64,000 nucleotides of DNA from Vicugna vicugna. Taxonomy: Eukaryota. The notes below the pieces were generated by a model. It was not told where the DNA came from and searched no databases. It worked only from the letters and a program-made list of their open reading frames with translations. Positions 48,001 through 60,139 of this stretch are shown here, in pieces. Both the position numbers and the translations under genes were made by a program. The stretch's first letter is position 1. Every line of letters begins with the position of its first letter. The stretch is from positions 1,564,960-1,628,959 of the forward strand of contig MU059403.1 of assembly GCA_013265495.1 (NCBI GenBank), read 5' to 3'.

Positions 48001-48330
48001 AGGGGAAACGGCTCATGAAGAACGAAGCCCACGGATGACCCCTGCTTCGGGATGGGGCGCGGGGCTGGCCCAGAGGCTCGCTGGGTGGAAACAAGTCGAT
48101 TTTGCCTGGCTTCTCTGTCCACGGAAACATAGAAACAGGAAAATGGGAGATACCGCGGCAGGGCTGGGGGCGGGATGGCTGGAGGGAGCCTCTGGAGCTC
48201 GGCAGACAAGTTTGTAATAACAGAAAGATACGTTAATAAGAAGAGAATGAACAGTAACAGTGACTGCAGGAAGCGCAGGCCGGGCCCTTCCCCTAGGGCT
48301 CTGGAGCTGGATTTTGGGCCACAAGAGGGC

Positions 48331-48445
48331 TTGATAACCCAGGCTCGTGGGCTCCACCCCGAATTTCTAATTCAGTGGGTCTGGGAGGAGGCCTGAGGGC
48401 CCACTTCTTAATGCGTTTCCAGGTGAGGACGCAGTGCCTCCGGGC
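48331..48445. mobile_element. MER5-type hAT-Charlie MITE fragment
   Basis: gggctccaccccgaatttctaattcagtgggtctgggaggaggcctgag...ttctta atgcgtttccaggtga versus recalled MER5A gggccccacccc-agagtttctgattcagtaggtctggggtggggcctgaga...ttctaacaagttcccaggtga. Confidence 0.7.
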
Positions 48446-50151
48446 TGGGGAGCCCGAGACCCCACCCCGTGCCGACTCCATCTCCAATGCTGGCGGCGTC
48501 CTGGATCTCCCTCCGGGTGGCCTGGCGGCCGGCTGGGGTCCTGTCTCGGTCACACTGCCTGGACATCCTCTAAGATGACCAGGAGCCTTTGGCCCGAGCC
48601 CCTCAGCCGTCTGGTGGAAGGGGTGTGCTGGGCCTCGGAACAGCAGCTGGACCCGGGTGCTGAGAAGTCGGGGCACAGCCTCAGGGACCCCACAGGGGCC
48701 ACAGGCAGAGCTCACGGTGGGCACCCAGGTCTCGGCAGGGGCTGCAGTGCGGACAAGAGGCCCTCCAGCTGGCGGGGGGGGGGGCTGGCTGCTGAGGGGC
48801 CCAGCCGCAGGTGAAGTCTGCGTTGGGACAGCTGCTTTCTGTGCCCCCTCGGGCTCACGGCGTGCAGAGCCCTGCCCGGGAATGGAGAAAACTCCAGGAG
48901 GAGTGGGTCGCTTTTTCCCTGGGTCTCAGGACCTCCCCTGGGTGGAGACGTTCATTAACTGTAGAGTTTGTACTTCCAGTTACTCGCAGAGCTGGAAATC
49001 TGGAGGAATTGTCTGTATTCCCTTTTATTGTGTCCACAGAGGCAGGAGGATGAAAGTGCAGACGGCTTCCGTGGTTTCCTTCTCTGTTTCCTTTAGAGCC
49101 GGGGTCCCCAGGGTCAGCGGTCTTGGAAGTCGTGGTTCTAGGAAACCTCGCTCACCTGGTGTCAGGTGTCACATCTGTCTGTGACGTCCTGGATGTGGTC
49201 GGTCCAGAGTGTCTCATGTCACACACAAGAAGACCTCCCATTCAGGAGAGCTGCCTCCCCGTCTATTAACACTCAGCAAGCGTTGCCGTGGAATTGGTTT
49301 TGGATCGGACCAGCCAGTACCAAGGCGCGATCCCTGCCATGCCCTGAAGACCGCAGGACAGGTCAGAGCCGGACGCTGGTGCTGTGGGCAGGAGTGAAGC
49401 CCCCGGGGCCTTCCCGGCCCTGGGTCCGGCTGGGAGGGGTGGGGCCGCGCCGATGCCGCTCGGCAGGCGGACTCGGGGACCTGCCGTGGCCCCCCTGCTG
49501 CTCGGACGTCTCAGTTTCTCACCTGCTTTGACACGGACGTAAACGGGGCTGCGTCCCCGTCAGCTCTGGGAGGTGGCCGGGGCATTGTGCCGCACCGGTT
49601 TACGAAAGTCTGCCTGATGGCTCCGGTGTGCACGTCCTCTCAGCCGCATGACGGCCCCTCACGCCCACCCCGGGGCAGCGCCCCACCAGGGGGCCGGGGG
49701 CAGGGCCGGCTGGTTTCTAGGAACTCCTGCTCCTGTGTGGTCGGGGCGCTGGCCCTGCACCTTCGCAGTGTGTCCCAGGCTCGGCCCCTCTCTGACTCTG
49801 CTCCCCACCCCTGCACCTGCTCACGGCTGGGAGGGGCTGAGCAGGTTTGAGGCCAGACGGTGCCCCCGGAACCGCCAGGGCTGCAGTGACCTCAGGCCCT
49901 CCACATGCGGCCCAGCATGGGGCTCTGCGGAGGCTGAGATGAGGAGGGGTGGCCTGTGTCCCCGCAGACAGAGGACGTGCCGTTTACAGAGATGCTTCTG
50001 AGTGTTCCGAGCGTCGGCTGTGCTCTGGGACCTGCCGCGCTCCACCCCCCCCGCCGGCCTGTGCCCCACGCCCCTTCCATCTTCCTCTGTGGCGGGGGCG
50101 CCCTGGCCGCTCAGACCAAGCTAGCTCCTGTCCAGGCTAAAAGCACAGCCC

Positions 50152-50325
50152 GGACCCAGCTTCTGCCACTTACTGGCCCAGTGACCTTGGCCATCATGCA
50201 GCTCTCTGGGCCTCAGTCTCCTCATCCATCTAATGGGTACGCCAGTGGTGCCTGCTGCAGGCTTGCTGTCAGCATTAGATGGCCTGACGCATGTGAAGGC
50301 CATAGAGCGATGACCAACACGCAGG
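50152..50325 (+). mobile_element. MIR SINE
   Basis: cccagcttctgccacttactggcccagtgaccttggcc...ctctctgggcctcagtctcctcatccatctaatggg...gcatgtgaagg follows the MIR core and tail. Confidence 0.8.
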
Positions 50326-53279
50326 GGGAGCTGCACAGACAGTCCCGACAGGCACAGCTGTAATGTGCGTTCTTTGAACAGTTTCTGTTGAATGCCTATC
50401 GCTGCAAAGCAGACGGAGCTTCTCAGAGCTGGGTCTCGTGCAGGCTGCAAGCTCCCGATGACCGGGCTTCACGGGGCCTCTGCTTTCAGAGCCCAGTGTT
50501 GTCAGCCTAGTGGTCTGGGGAGCGGGAGGAGGGGTCTCTTCCAGAAGATGCTGGGGAACTAGCCTCTGTCCTTTAGGCCACGTGACGTTGTGATCAACTC
50601 TCGGACATGAGGTCCCAGGCGGGGTAAGTCACTGCAGCCGGGCTGGCCGGGCTCCGAGGGGCCGTCCGTCCCTCTGGCTGAGCCGGTGCTCGCCCAGCCG
50701 CGCACGTCCCAGACCCTCCTCCCCTCGGTCGCTTATGCAGTGCGTTTAGTGCTTGTGCAAGGAGCTCCTCTCAGACCGCCAGCCCCCTCGGTGAACACGG
50801 CCCCGCCCTGGGCTGCCGGGTGCAGCTGGATTTGAACCAAGGGCTCAGGGTGACGAGGCTCGTTGTTTTCCCCCTAAACCACAGGCGTTCTTCTCACAGT
50901 GCAGCTTTGTGGTTTCCTCCACCAGAAATGCACAGCCTAAGTGCTGCAAAGCCACCCTTTTACAGTAGCCTTTAAATGGGGTGAGGGCTGCAGTGGGAGG
51001 AATTCAAGTGTGTCCTTTGAAACAGGAAACTGAGGCCAGAGCCTTCTTGCCTGAAGGTCCAGCCAGCCAGCCCCGGTCGGCAGGGCTGTTCACTGCTTTC
51101 CAGAGTCCTCTGTCCGGGCCCCCTTTCTGCACCGAACACCCTGGAATCTCACCTGTTCCAGCTCTTGAGGGTTCGTCAGCAAATCCTACGTGCAAGGAAA
51201 CGCGGTGGGAGCGCTGGCGCTGCCGGCCGCCTGGCTGCGCGGCGTCAGATCTCGCCGCCTCCTGGGTCCTGGAGGCCCCGGAGCTGCGGGAAGGCCGGGC
51301 CGGAGGGTTCAGGGGGTCTTTTTGTCCAGAGGTGGTTGCAGGTGGGAAGAAGTGCCCTGTTGGACTTGCCCCCAGATTCTGCGCGGCAGAATATTTGAAT
51401 CATGGAGCAGGTTACCAAGGGGCACTTGGCTCCGTGTTAAAATGACCTCCTGTGTACTAAGAACAAGGTGGAATTAATTTCGTGTGGCTTTTCTGTAAGT
51501 GGACGCTGATGGAATTCAGAGCTGATGAGGAAACACAGCACTGGCTGGTTCGGAGGGAGAAAGAGAGCCCGGGGGAGGAGGAAGACAGTTGCTAAATGTC
51601 CCTCCAGACCTCAGCGGCCCCTCAGGCCGTGAGCCAGGGCGGACTCCCCAGGCCCCGGGTTACAGGGTCTTCGTTCACGTGAGAGGCTCTCTCGGTGGGG
51701 GTGGGGGGTGGTGTCATTACTACTGGGGCTGTTCTCATTCTGCTCAGAATAGTAAAACCCGCGCAGTTGCATTCAGAAATATTGCTGAAATGTCGTCATT
51801 TCCAGTCAAAATAGAAAACATTTTGTTGACTCACTGCAGAAACACAGGATAAAAATAAACTCATGACTGAGAACCTGAAGCCCTTTCAGAAACCTGGATT
51901 TGTAAAGAGATGGTGCAAAGAGAGGGAAAAGAAAAGCAGGGTCCTGAAGGCTTTGTGCAGAGGCCCCTTGGCGGCCCCCGTGTCCCCCGGGGCTTCTCAC
52001 CGGAGTAAAGTCCCGTCTTCTGACCCTGGGAGCAGGTCGCACGTCACTGAATCATCCCAGCAGCAGCCGGGCCATAACTGACGGCCCCTTTGGTGAGCAC
52101 CACCCACGTCACGTGGACAGCTGAACCAGGAGCATCGGGGTCGTTTTTATCTGCCAACCAAAGTGCATTTCCAAATGCATGTGGCTCACTTGTTTCAGAC
52201 GAGCAGCTGGGAGCGGGGCTGTCTCTTCCGGGGAGGGAAGCAGACACCGTGGGACCGTCCCTGCAGAGCACGGCCTTCCAGAGGCCGGCACCGTGTCCTG
52301 CAGCACCGCCAGTATTTCCAGGACAAGATAAACAGCCTCCAGATGTCATAAAGTGTCCATCTTTGTGTCAGCGCGGGTCTCTTTCAGTGCCATATTCCCA
52401 AGGGAAAAAAAGCAAGCCATGGACTTCAAGTTACATTTCTTGAGATGCTTTTGCTGCGGAGTCCTGCCTGGCAACGGTTACGGGAATTCTGAGGGACTCC
52501 TGAGTGGGAGACCCCGGACTGGACCGGCAGACGAGCTCCAACGTAACGTGGAACAGAATCCGCTTCCTCTTTTGCGTGGGTGCAGTGATGACGGGGAAGA
52601 AGTGCGCCCGAAGCGGTTGCAGCCTGAGGGGGAGGGAGGACCAGCACCTGCCGCCTGCTGCACAGAACTTCAGGGCAGCTGTTACGACTGTGTCGCAAAT
52701 CGCTCGGCTTCCGTTAGTGTGTTCGCTGTGCTTCCCTTGCAAGTGGTTCCTCCGTTTTCCATAAGTCACAATTCAGCTGAAATGAGGGTTTTTATTTATT
52801 TTTAGTTGCATATCTTTTATTATTTTTAAAGTTTTTAAAATCTAATTCACTGTACTGCCCCCCATAGTGATGAATGTTAAAAAGGTTATTAGGACATTTT
52901 TTCGGGTGAAGAAACTGCAATATTTTGTCCCCTAAAGGGTCTTATGTTCATGACAAGCCAGGTGACCACAGAGGGAGGAGGTAATCTTACGTTTCCTTGT
53001 GGTTTCGGATGACAGTGTCGCCTTGGGGTACTAGGTACCTTGTGTTTTTTATCTAGACAAAGCACTGTGAATTCCTCCCAATGGAACAAGCTCCTGTGTC
53101 AAAATTTATATTGTTTTTATTCATATATAGTGTTCACCTGCTAACTAAAGATTTCTTTTTTGGGGGGGGATTTTAAAAATTTAAAAATTTTTTAGCGTGT
53201 GTAGTTGATTTATATCCGTGTGATAATTACTGATGACACCTGAGAGCCAATAATTTCACCCCTTATCTTCCCCTTTCAG

Positions 53280-53327
53280 GTTCTATAAATGAGAAGTTAC
53301 CCCAACGGGAAGGCACGGGGAAAACAG
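53280..53327 (+). CDS. SMOC2: SMOC2 exon 5 (48 nt)
   Basis: Acceptor ccttatcttcccctttcAG|GT, donor CAG|GTaact. (G)SINEKLPQREGTGKT in frame. Confidence 0.95.
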
Positions 53328-55908
53328 GTAACTATCTTAAAATGAATTTCTTGCTATTTTATTACAGTGAGTCCAATCCAGGCCTAAAAATAACTTCTCA
53401 AGTTAAAATGTCAGCTTTTACTAGTGATGAGGTGGGAGCCCATGTGCTAATTACTCGCTGGTTCAGCGAACGTCTCCGCAGCCCTAAGGTGGCCGGGGAG
53501 CTTGTGGGTTCCGGCTGCACCGTCTGGAAGAGCTGCTGGTGTGCGGGTCGCCTCCCAGGCTCGGCTTGTGTGGGGCCACCTGTGGGCGACGGTAGCACTG
53601 CTCACGTCCACACCCACACGGGGGGCGCGGGGGATGACTTTGGCTCCGCACTGAACTCAAAGCACAAGATCCAGACACGTCACTGGCTCCTCATAAGAAA
53701 GAGGCCCGTTTCCACCTGGGACAGGCACTCGTTCTGGGACCAGCGCCAGCGCGAGCCAGACGGAGCAGGGATGGTCCCCTCTGCAATTGCCCTGGCCCCG
53801 GGCGCCTTGCTGGTGGCCGCTAGTTCGCCAGGTCCCAGGGGGCACCGCTGTCTTCGCCCATTCCTCAGCCACCACCCCTTAGTCCCAGCCGCACAGTTTC
53901 TTTTATCTCACAGCAACCTGTGAAGTCAGAATCTATTTGTAAGATGAAATGAAAAGACTGTACAAAACCTTAGGCACTTTTTTCTGGTGCAGGCTGTAGT
54001 ATATAGACCAGTAATAAGGAAAAGTGACGTACAGTCGAATAGACCCGAGTTTTATCCAACCCCGCTCTCTTGAGCGTGTATTGAAACCACGGTGGGCACC
54101 GTCCCTGCCCTGGAAAGATTGTAAAGTCTGTAACTTTAAGATAAATCCACAGGACCGGCACACATTGGCCCCCGAGTAAATGCCGGCCAGCGTGGACGGC
54201 CCTCGGGGAGGGTTCGTGGAGGAGGGGGTGTTGTAGAGAGGGGGGCATGAGAGTGGGGACAGGTGTAATGTGGAACAGAGAGCCTCCTGGCCGGGGACAA
54301 GGGCCCATCCTGCAGGTGAGGGGTCAGACCCAGGCTGGGAGACCATTTGCGTTTGGAGGAAATGCATTCATTGCACAGAACGCTGGGATCTGAGTCTCTG
54401 AGATGCGGGCTGGGCGCACTGGCACCCTCAGAGGAGAGGACGTGCGATGTTCATGATTAGAAACCGAGAGGGGGGTGGGGGGGCATCCTGGTCCTGTTCG
54501 TGCTGATACGTGTCAAATCCGCTGTAAATTTTTTTTTAAATCCCTGGGGAATTGGCACGTGGGCTCAGAAATGGATTCAAGGAAAGACCACGTTCCTCCT
54601 ACTGAGCCCCTGGTCCACAGACACGCACGGCAGAGGAAACGCCTGAACTAAAGTAACCAAGCCGCTTCTGGGCGGGACGAGCCCTGGGGGGGGGCGAGCT
54701 CGCCACGCCCCGTCGCTTTCTGGAGGCTGAGCTCTGCAGGTGTCGGCAGGCTTGTCACGCGGGGACCCGCACTCAAGGGGCCGGAGCACGGGCAGGGTGA
54801 GGGGTCCTGTGGGCGGAGGGCCAGAGGCAGGAACCAGGGATGGCAGGTAGGGGCATGGGGGCGGTCGCTCCTCACCCGCCCTCTAGGACGCCCGCTCGCC
54901 CCTCGCCAGGGTGAGCTCGGCTGAGAACTCAGGCTGGCGGGGCCCCAGCGGTCAGGCTGGTGGCCCCCAAGTGGTGACCCGTTCAAGCCTCAGCAAAAAT
55001 GTACAGCATCAATCATGTGCTTGGTGGCTGTCATTCCAGGGGGCTTTTAAATATGCAGACTTTTTCTCAGTCTGTTCTGCTTCAGATATGTTAAATATGT
55101 TCCCCATTTTCATTCTTGGAAGAAGGGTACACAATAATCCACAGAGAAGCGCTCTTAGCATCATCGTTAGCCTTGAGCACTGCAAAGAAACGATGCTACA
55201 TTTTGTCAGTGTTTTGACAGATGGGAAGCTTTTTTCGAGAGATGGTTAAATGTTGAGGATTTTTAAAAACTTTTTCTTCGTCTTTCCCCTGGAAGGAGCA
55301 TACGGGAAACTTCATTTTTATTCCTCCGCTGCCGGAGGCGGGGGCGGGAATGGGGCACAGCTGACGAGGTTAAACATAGCTGCCCCTTATTCCTGCCTGT
55401 TTAGCGTGTTCTGATCCTGAAATTATTATGTAACAGAATCACATGGATGAGCAAGCCTGGGTGAAAAGGCTGGGGGGGTCCTGGGGGCTTTACAGCGGGC
55501 CTCGTAACCGCGTCCCCGTGGGGCCCGCTGCAGGGGGCAGACCCTCCGCGGGCTCCTTTACAGGGAGCCAAAGGGGGCTTTCAGCTAATTGAAGAAAGAC
55601 GATGCGCGTGGAACACAGGGACGTGGCGTAGGGTTGTAGCATCCACACCCCTCCTCTGTCTTCTGACGCCTTTGTCCTTGTCCCCGCCCTCTCACGTGTC
55701 CTCTCCTGCGGACGTGGTCACAGGAGGCGGGGGGTCAGACACCCCCAGGGCGCCTTCCACTCGGGAGACCAGGGGCTCCTGCCCCCCGCCTTCCCCCAGG
55801 ACCACTTTATTGCTCCTCCCCCTACACCAGCCCTGTCGGCCCCAACGGGTTACACCACCGCTGACACTCCCCCATGGGATTTGTTGGGAGCCCTGAGCAG
55901 CATTTGAC

Positions 55909-56012
55909 TTAATTTAATTTAATTTAATTTATTTAAGTAGAGGCACTGGGGCTTGAACCCAGGGCCTAGTGCGCGTGCCCCACCCCGGGCTGTCCCCCCG
56001 ACCCCCTCACTG
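55909..56012 (-). mobile_element. tRNA-derived SINE (vic-1-like camelid type)
   Basis: (TTTAA)n tail 55909-55936, body gaggcactggggcttgaacccaggg (reverse B box GGTTCAAGCC), imperfect TSD gagcagcatttga (55895-55907) / gagcggcgtcttga (56013-56026). Confidence 0.75.
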
Positions 56013-56134
56013 GAGCGGCGTCTTGAGGCCGCCGCTCCCGGGCCGTGCAGTGGGGGGGGGGCTGGTCTGCGGGCCGCTGCGGCCCTGCGCGTCCTCCGAG
56101 CGTGCACTTACTCGGCTTACTCTCGTGATTGTAG

Positions 56135-56167
56135 TCTCCTTGCAAATCTTTTCCGTTCTGAATTCAG
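56135..56167 (+). CDS. SMOC2: 33-nt 5' extension of exon 6 from an upstream alternative acceptor; adds VSLQIFSVLNS
   Basis: Second acceptor cttactctcgtgattgtAG|TC exactly 33 nt upstream, frame-preserving and stop-free. The peptide matches, as I recall, the 11-aa insert of the longer human SMOC2 isoform. Confidence 0.85.
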
Positions 56168-56218
56168 ATGATGCCTCAGCCCCCGTGCTGGACACTCAGC
56201 CGCAGGGAGACGAGGAAG
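56168..56218 (+). CDS. SMOC2: SMOC2 exon 6, short form (51 nt)
   Basis: Acceptor cttttccgttctgaattcAG|AT, donor AAG|GTgagc. (D)DASAPVLDTQPQGDEE in frame. Confidence 0.95.
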
Positions 56219-56514
56219 GTGAGCCTGGGGAGGGGCGGGCTGGGGTCACGGTCGGCGGTCGGTGGGGCCGGGCGTGGGCGGGGCATCTCGCCAGGACTGC
56301 CTGCAGGACGGGCTGCTTTCGGCCCTCCCCAGCTTTCTGGAGCCCCCGTCTCTCCTGACGGCGTGGAGAGTGTGGGCACGCTGCTTTTCTTTAAGTCGAA
56401 AGTAAGAAGAGGGGAAAAAAGGAACAGAAACCTCAGGGGAGAAAAGGGCCTTTCTTTAAGTGTAAGTCTCTGAGTTGAAATTTTATCAGTTGAATGAAAT
56501 GAAATAGACGTTTC

Positions 56515-56794
56515 AAAAGGGTATGAGGGGAAGGGGTGGGAAGGGATAAACTGGGAGTTCAGGATTTGCAGATACTATGCTAACTACTCTATATAAAACA
56601 GAGAAACAACAGGTTTCTCCTGTAGAGCACAGGGAACTGTACTCAGTATCTTGTAGTTACTTACGGTGAAAAAGAACATGAAAATGAGTATGTGTGTGTT
56701 CATGGGCGACCGAAGCACTGTGCTGGGCACCAGATTTTGACACAACATTGTAAGCTGACTACACTTCAGTGAAAAAATACGAAAAGGAAAAGGG
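56515..56794 (+). mobile_element. 5'-truncated L1 3' end
   Basis: ggggaaggggtgggaagggataaactgggagttcaggatttgcagatact...cacagggaact...gacacaacattgtaagctgactacacttcag plus A-rich tail. Candidate TSD AAAAGGG at 56515-56521 and 56788-56794, preceded by TTTC (endonuclease-like site). Confidence 0.88.
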
Positions 56795-57084
56795 CACAGT
56801 AACATGCCATTTCCCTGCTCACCCTGCATCGCGTGGTCACCAGCACATGGCGCGTGAGGCCAGCTTCACGAGGGCACACGTGTAAGGGTGTTTCTAAGTC
56901 CCGCGGAACTCTGTGGTCATGACAGGGGTGACCCTCAGCTTTGATACATCGTCGTGGGTGTTGGCCCCTGTCTCACACGTTCTCAGGTCCAAAGGGATCG
57001 GGGTTTGAAGACAGAATGTGAGGAACACACCTAATAAATCAAAGATAGAAAGGTAGGCTTACATTGTGGTTTGCAAATGACAGT

Positions 57085-57200
57085 GACAACAACTGCCTTG
57101 TGTGCGGCACCAAATGCCACGCACTCGGTTACGTGGGCTCACGGAGCCCTCGGAACACCACTCCACTGGCAGAACACGGAGGTTCACAATGTGGCAGACG
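57085..57200 (-). mobile_element. Diverged MIR-like tail
   Basis: acaacaactgccttgtgtgcggcaccaaatgccacgcactcggttac resembles the reverse MIR tail (caactaccatttattgagcacctactatgtgccaggcactgtgcta, recalled). Confidence 0.35.
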
Positions 57201-57758
57201 ACAGAGGCGTGTCCTACCTAGCCAGTCTGCCTCCGCGTGGCCCTGGGGCACGTGGTGTACGACCCACACCGTGAATATTCAGCCGTATCTGTTAAACAAT
57301 ATTACCGAAATAGATGTGCTCCTAGGACGTTTAAGGCAAAGTTACAGTTCACATGATGCACTTCGTGTAGAGTCCTGCAGCCGAGCGCACAGCCTGCGCG
57401 TTCCAGGAGTGACACCTCACCGAGCAGGGATAGCTTCCCGGACTTTGGGCTTTTGGCCAAAACCTGTTTCTTCCCAGTGGAGCCTGTCTGGTTTATATTA
57501 CTTTTATTTACACTTTTAGATGAAGAAAGGAAGAAAAATACGTGCTGAAGATTTTTGTACTGTGTACTGTCGTTTCCTTTTGTCTCACACACATAATCAT
57601 TTTCCCGTTTCTTTTAAAATGTACTGTATGTATTTGTTTATTGTGTTGAGTTTTTTGGCTTTCAGAATGCCTGCTGAGTTCTTTACTTGAGAGGTGAAAT
57701 CTTTACTTATGCTTTCGTGATGAATTACAATAATTTTTGTTTTACTTTGCTTTATTAG

Positions 57759-57833
57759 ATATCGCATCGCGTTACCCCACACTTTGGACTGAACAAGTTA
57801 AAAGTCGACAGAACAAAACCAGTAAGAATTCAG
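57759..57833 (+). CDS. SMOC2: SMOC2 exon 7 (75 nt)
   Basis: Acceptor tttactttgctttattAG|AT, donor CAG|GTaaaa. (D)IASRYPTLWTEQVKSRQNKTSKNS, with an N-K-T glycosylation sequon. Confidence 0.96.
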
Positions 57834-60139
57834 GTAAAAAGGGGCCTCGTGTGATGGAGTTCACAGACCTGGAGGGGCTTGTGGAAGTTACGGGCGAAGC
57901 ACATCTTTTTCCCTGGTTACCAAGGAGCCATGCGAGTAATTCTGTGGCTTGACCACCAAAATATAGTTCAAATTGGGGTATTCTGTTAAACTCGCTAGGT
58001 AATTTGAGAGGTCCCTCTGCAGACGCCGAGCAGACTGCAGTGTTAGATACAGAGGGGGATGCTTGGCAGGAAGTCTTTGCTTTTGACGTGATTTCGGGGA
58101 CGTCACACCCCTTGCTAATTTAGTTCGAAATCCGTGAACCTGTGGGTTGCATTTGCGACACGCCAGTGTCGGACGGAACTTCCGCCTTTTACACGGGCAG
58201 TCATCACCAAGTAGAAGGGAGATGGGTCGCTGCCGGTCGGGCGAGGGCTTTCACCCTGTTCATGGAAGCTGATGCTTTCTGCAGCTCGGGCTCACGCTCC
58301 CCGCTACCTGCACGGCGCGTCCGCGGCCTTTTCGAGTGCAGCTTTCCGCCAGTTCTTACTGGCACGCGGTGGTCCTTCCAGGCTTAGGCGTTTGGCCGAG
58401 GGGCGCTCAGGCCCGGCGCAGACGTTTCTAGGACTGGCCTCGAGGGAAGACCTGCCCCCTCAGGTCTTTGCTGCCGGTGCTGGTGGGTTTTCTTTCCAAG
58501 TGCATTTTTAATACAAATCCCAACGGTTTGCCACTGTTCCGGTGTCGGCGAGTCGCCCGATTGCCTCGTCACTGTCCTCCCCCGTCACTGCCCTCACGAT
58601 GGCTCCTGATGGAAGTGCCCTGCTCTGGGTACCTTACCGGCTCCCTGGAAGCCCCAGGACAGACTGTGGGGGGGCCACTCAGATGCCCCGTGAGGCGTGG
58701 CCCCCGCAGGTGCAGCGGGAGGGGGGCCCAAGCCCCTCCACACGGGGCTCCGCACGGGGCTCCGACCCCGCCATGCGCCTTGTCGCTGTCCCACCCAGGG
58801 TCCCACCTGCCCCTTCTCCTTGGTGCCGCCCCGAGCCATGCCTCTGCTTTCTGGCTGCCTCCCCCGGGGCTGAGACGAGAAACAGCAAAACCCGAGGGTC
58901 TGACTCATGTGCTCACACAGCAGGCACGTGACCCGCAGTGTGGGATCTGTAGCGTTTGCTTCCTCGAGGAGACCATTACGGGCACATTTTGCTACTGCGT
59001 GAAGATGTGAACCTGAGGGCCTCTCTCCTGATCTTTAGAAACGGGGTTAGTTTTGTTCCATCTTGTCACCGCATTTCCAAAACTCACTTGGTTTGCCTCT
59101 GCGCCGTAGTGCGTGGGGAATTGATTCAGACGCCGGCTGTTTCAGATTTTCAGGTGGACCTTGCGATCTTCCCATGGGGGAATCCATGTGGTGGGGCCTA
59201 CATTTAACTCGAGAAAGAAATACAAAATTATCTTAAAAATGTCACTGGAAATGTGCTTTTTTTTTTTTTTTAAAAAAAGCAAATTTAATTGTCAGTAGGA
59301 AGCTATTCAGGATTTGATAGTGTTCGTTCCGTGTGATCTCATAGAACAAGTGTGTTCGTGTTTCACCCGTCTCTTACTGTTACCAGGTTTTTAGGCCTTA
59401 AGTGACCTGTCGGTCCTAATTAACTAATAGAAGCAGTGCGGGCTTTCAGTATTTAGTGGGACTGAAAATAGTGTTTCAGGAAATTCCAGTTTACACAAGG
59501 TACCCTCCACTGTAATTTGATTCAGACCCGCCTAAACGAGGAGAACGCAGAAGGACGGTGCTGAGCTGGTTCGCAGACACGAGGCGCGGAATGCCCAGGT
59601 CTTGTCTCTGTGGTGTCCAGACGCTTGCTCTTTCTGAGCGTCCGAAGAAAGCTGGACCTGGTTGGTGTTTTAAGATGCTACACGCAGAATTTACTTCATT
59701 AAGTCTGGTGCTGTAACGGCAAACACTCAGGTTGTACGGAACGACCACCGTGGCCACTGAGATTTCAGCGTCAGGGGAGCTCCCTTTGTATTTATTTCAC
59801 ATGTTTAGAAGATACTCTTCTTTGGTAGGAGTAGGCACATTTATTTAACAAAAGGTAAATAATTTGTGGTTTGTTTGTTATTCTGTGCTTTTAAAAATTT
59901 ACCTTGTTTTGGGTGCTCTTTCGTACTTCTTCACAGAAGAAACCAAACTGAGAATGTGTTGCTTTTTCCCCTGGTGTGTCTTCACGTCAGTTCACAGTGT
60001 TAACCCCAAGCCCCAGCGTTTGTACTAAAACAACGTGACGTTACTTACGTCACCAGACACGGAGAACGTGGTTGCTGTGCGTGGCTCAGGATGCACGCGG
60101 ATGTGCGCAAATAGCTCGAGAGCGTAAGTGATGGCGGTT

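Noticed and set aside
49683-49695. CTCF-like motif CCACCAGGGGGCC
   Set aside because: Imperfect match in very GC-rich DNA; not distinguishable from background without ChIP data.
53155-53220. Tiny L1 3' stub just upstream of the exon 5 acceptor
   Set aside because: Only about 15 nt (gtagttgattta) match and no TSD is visible.
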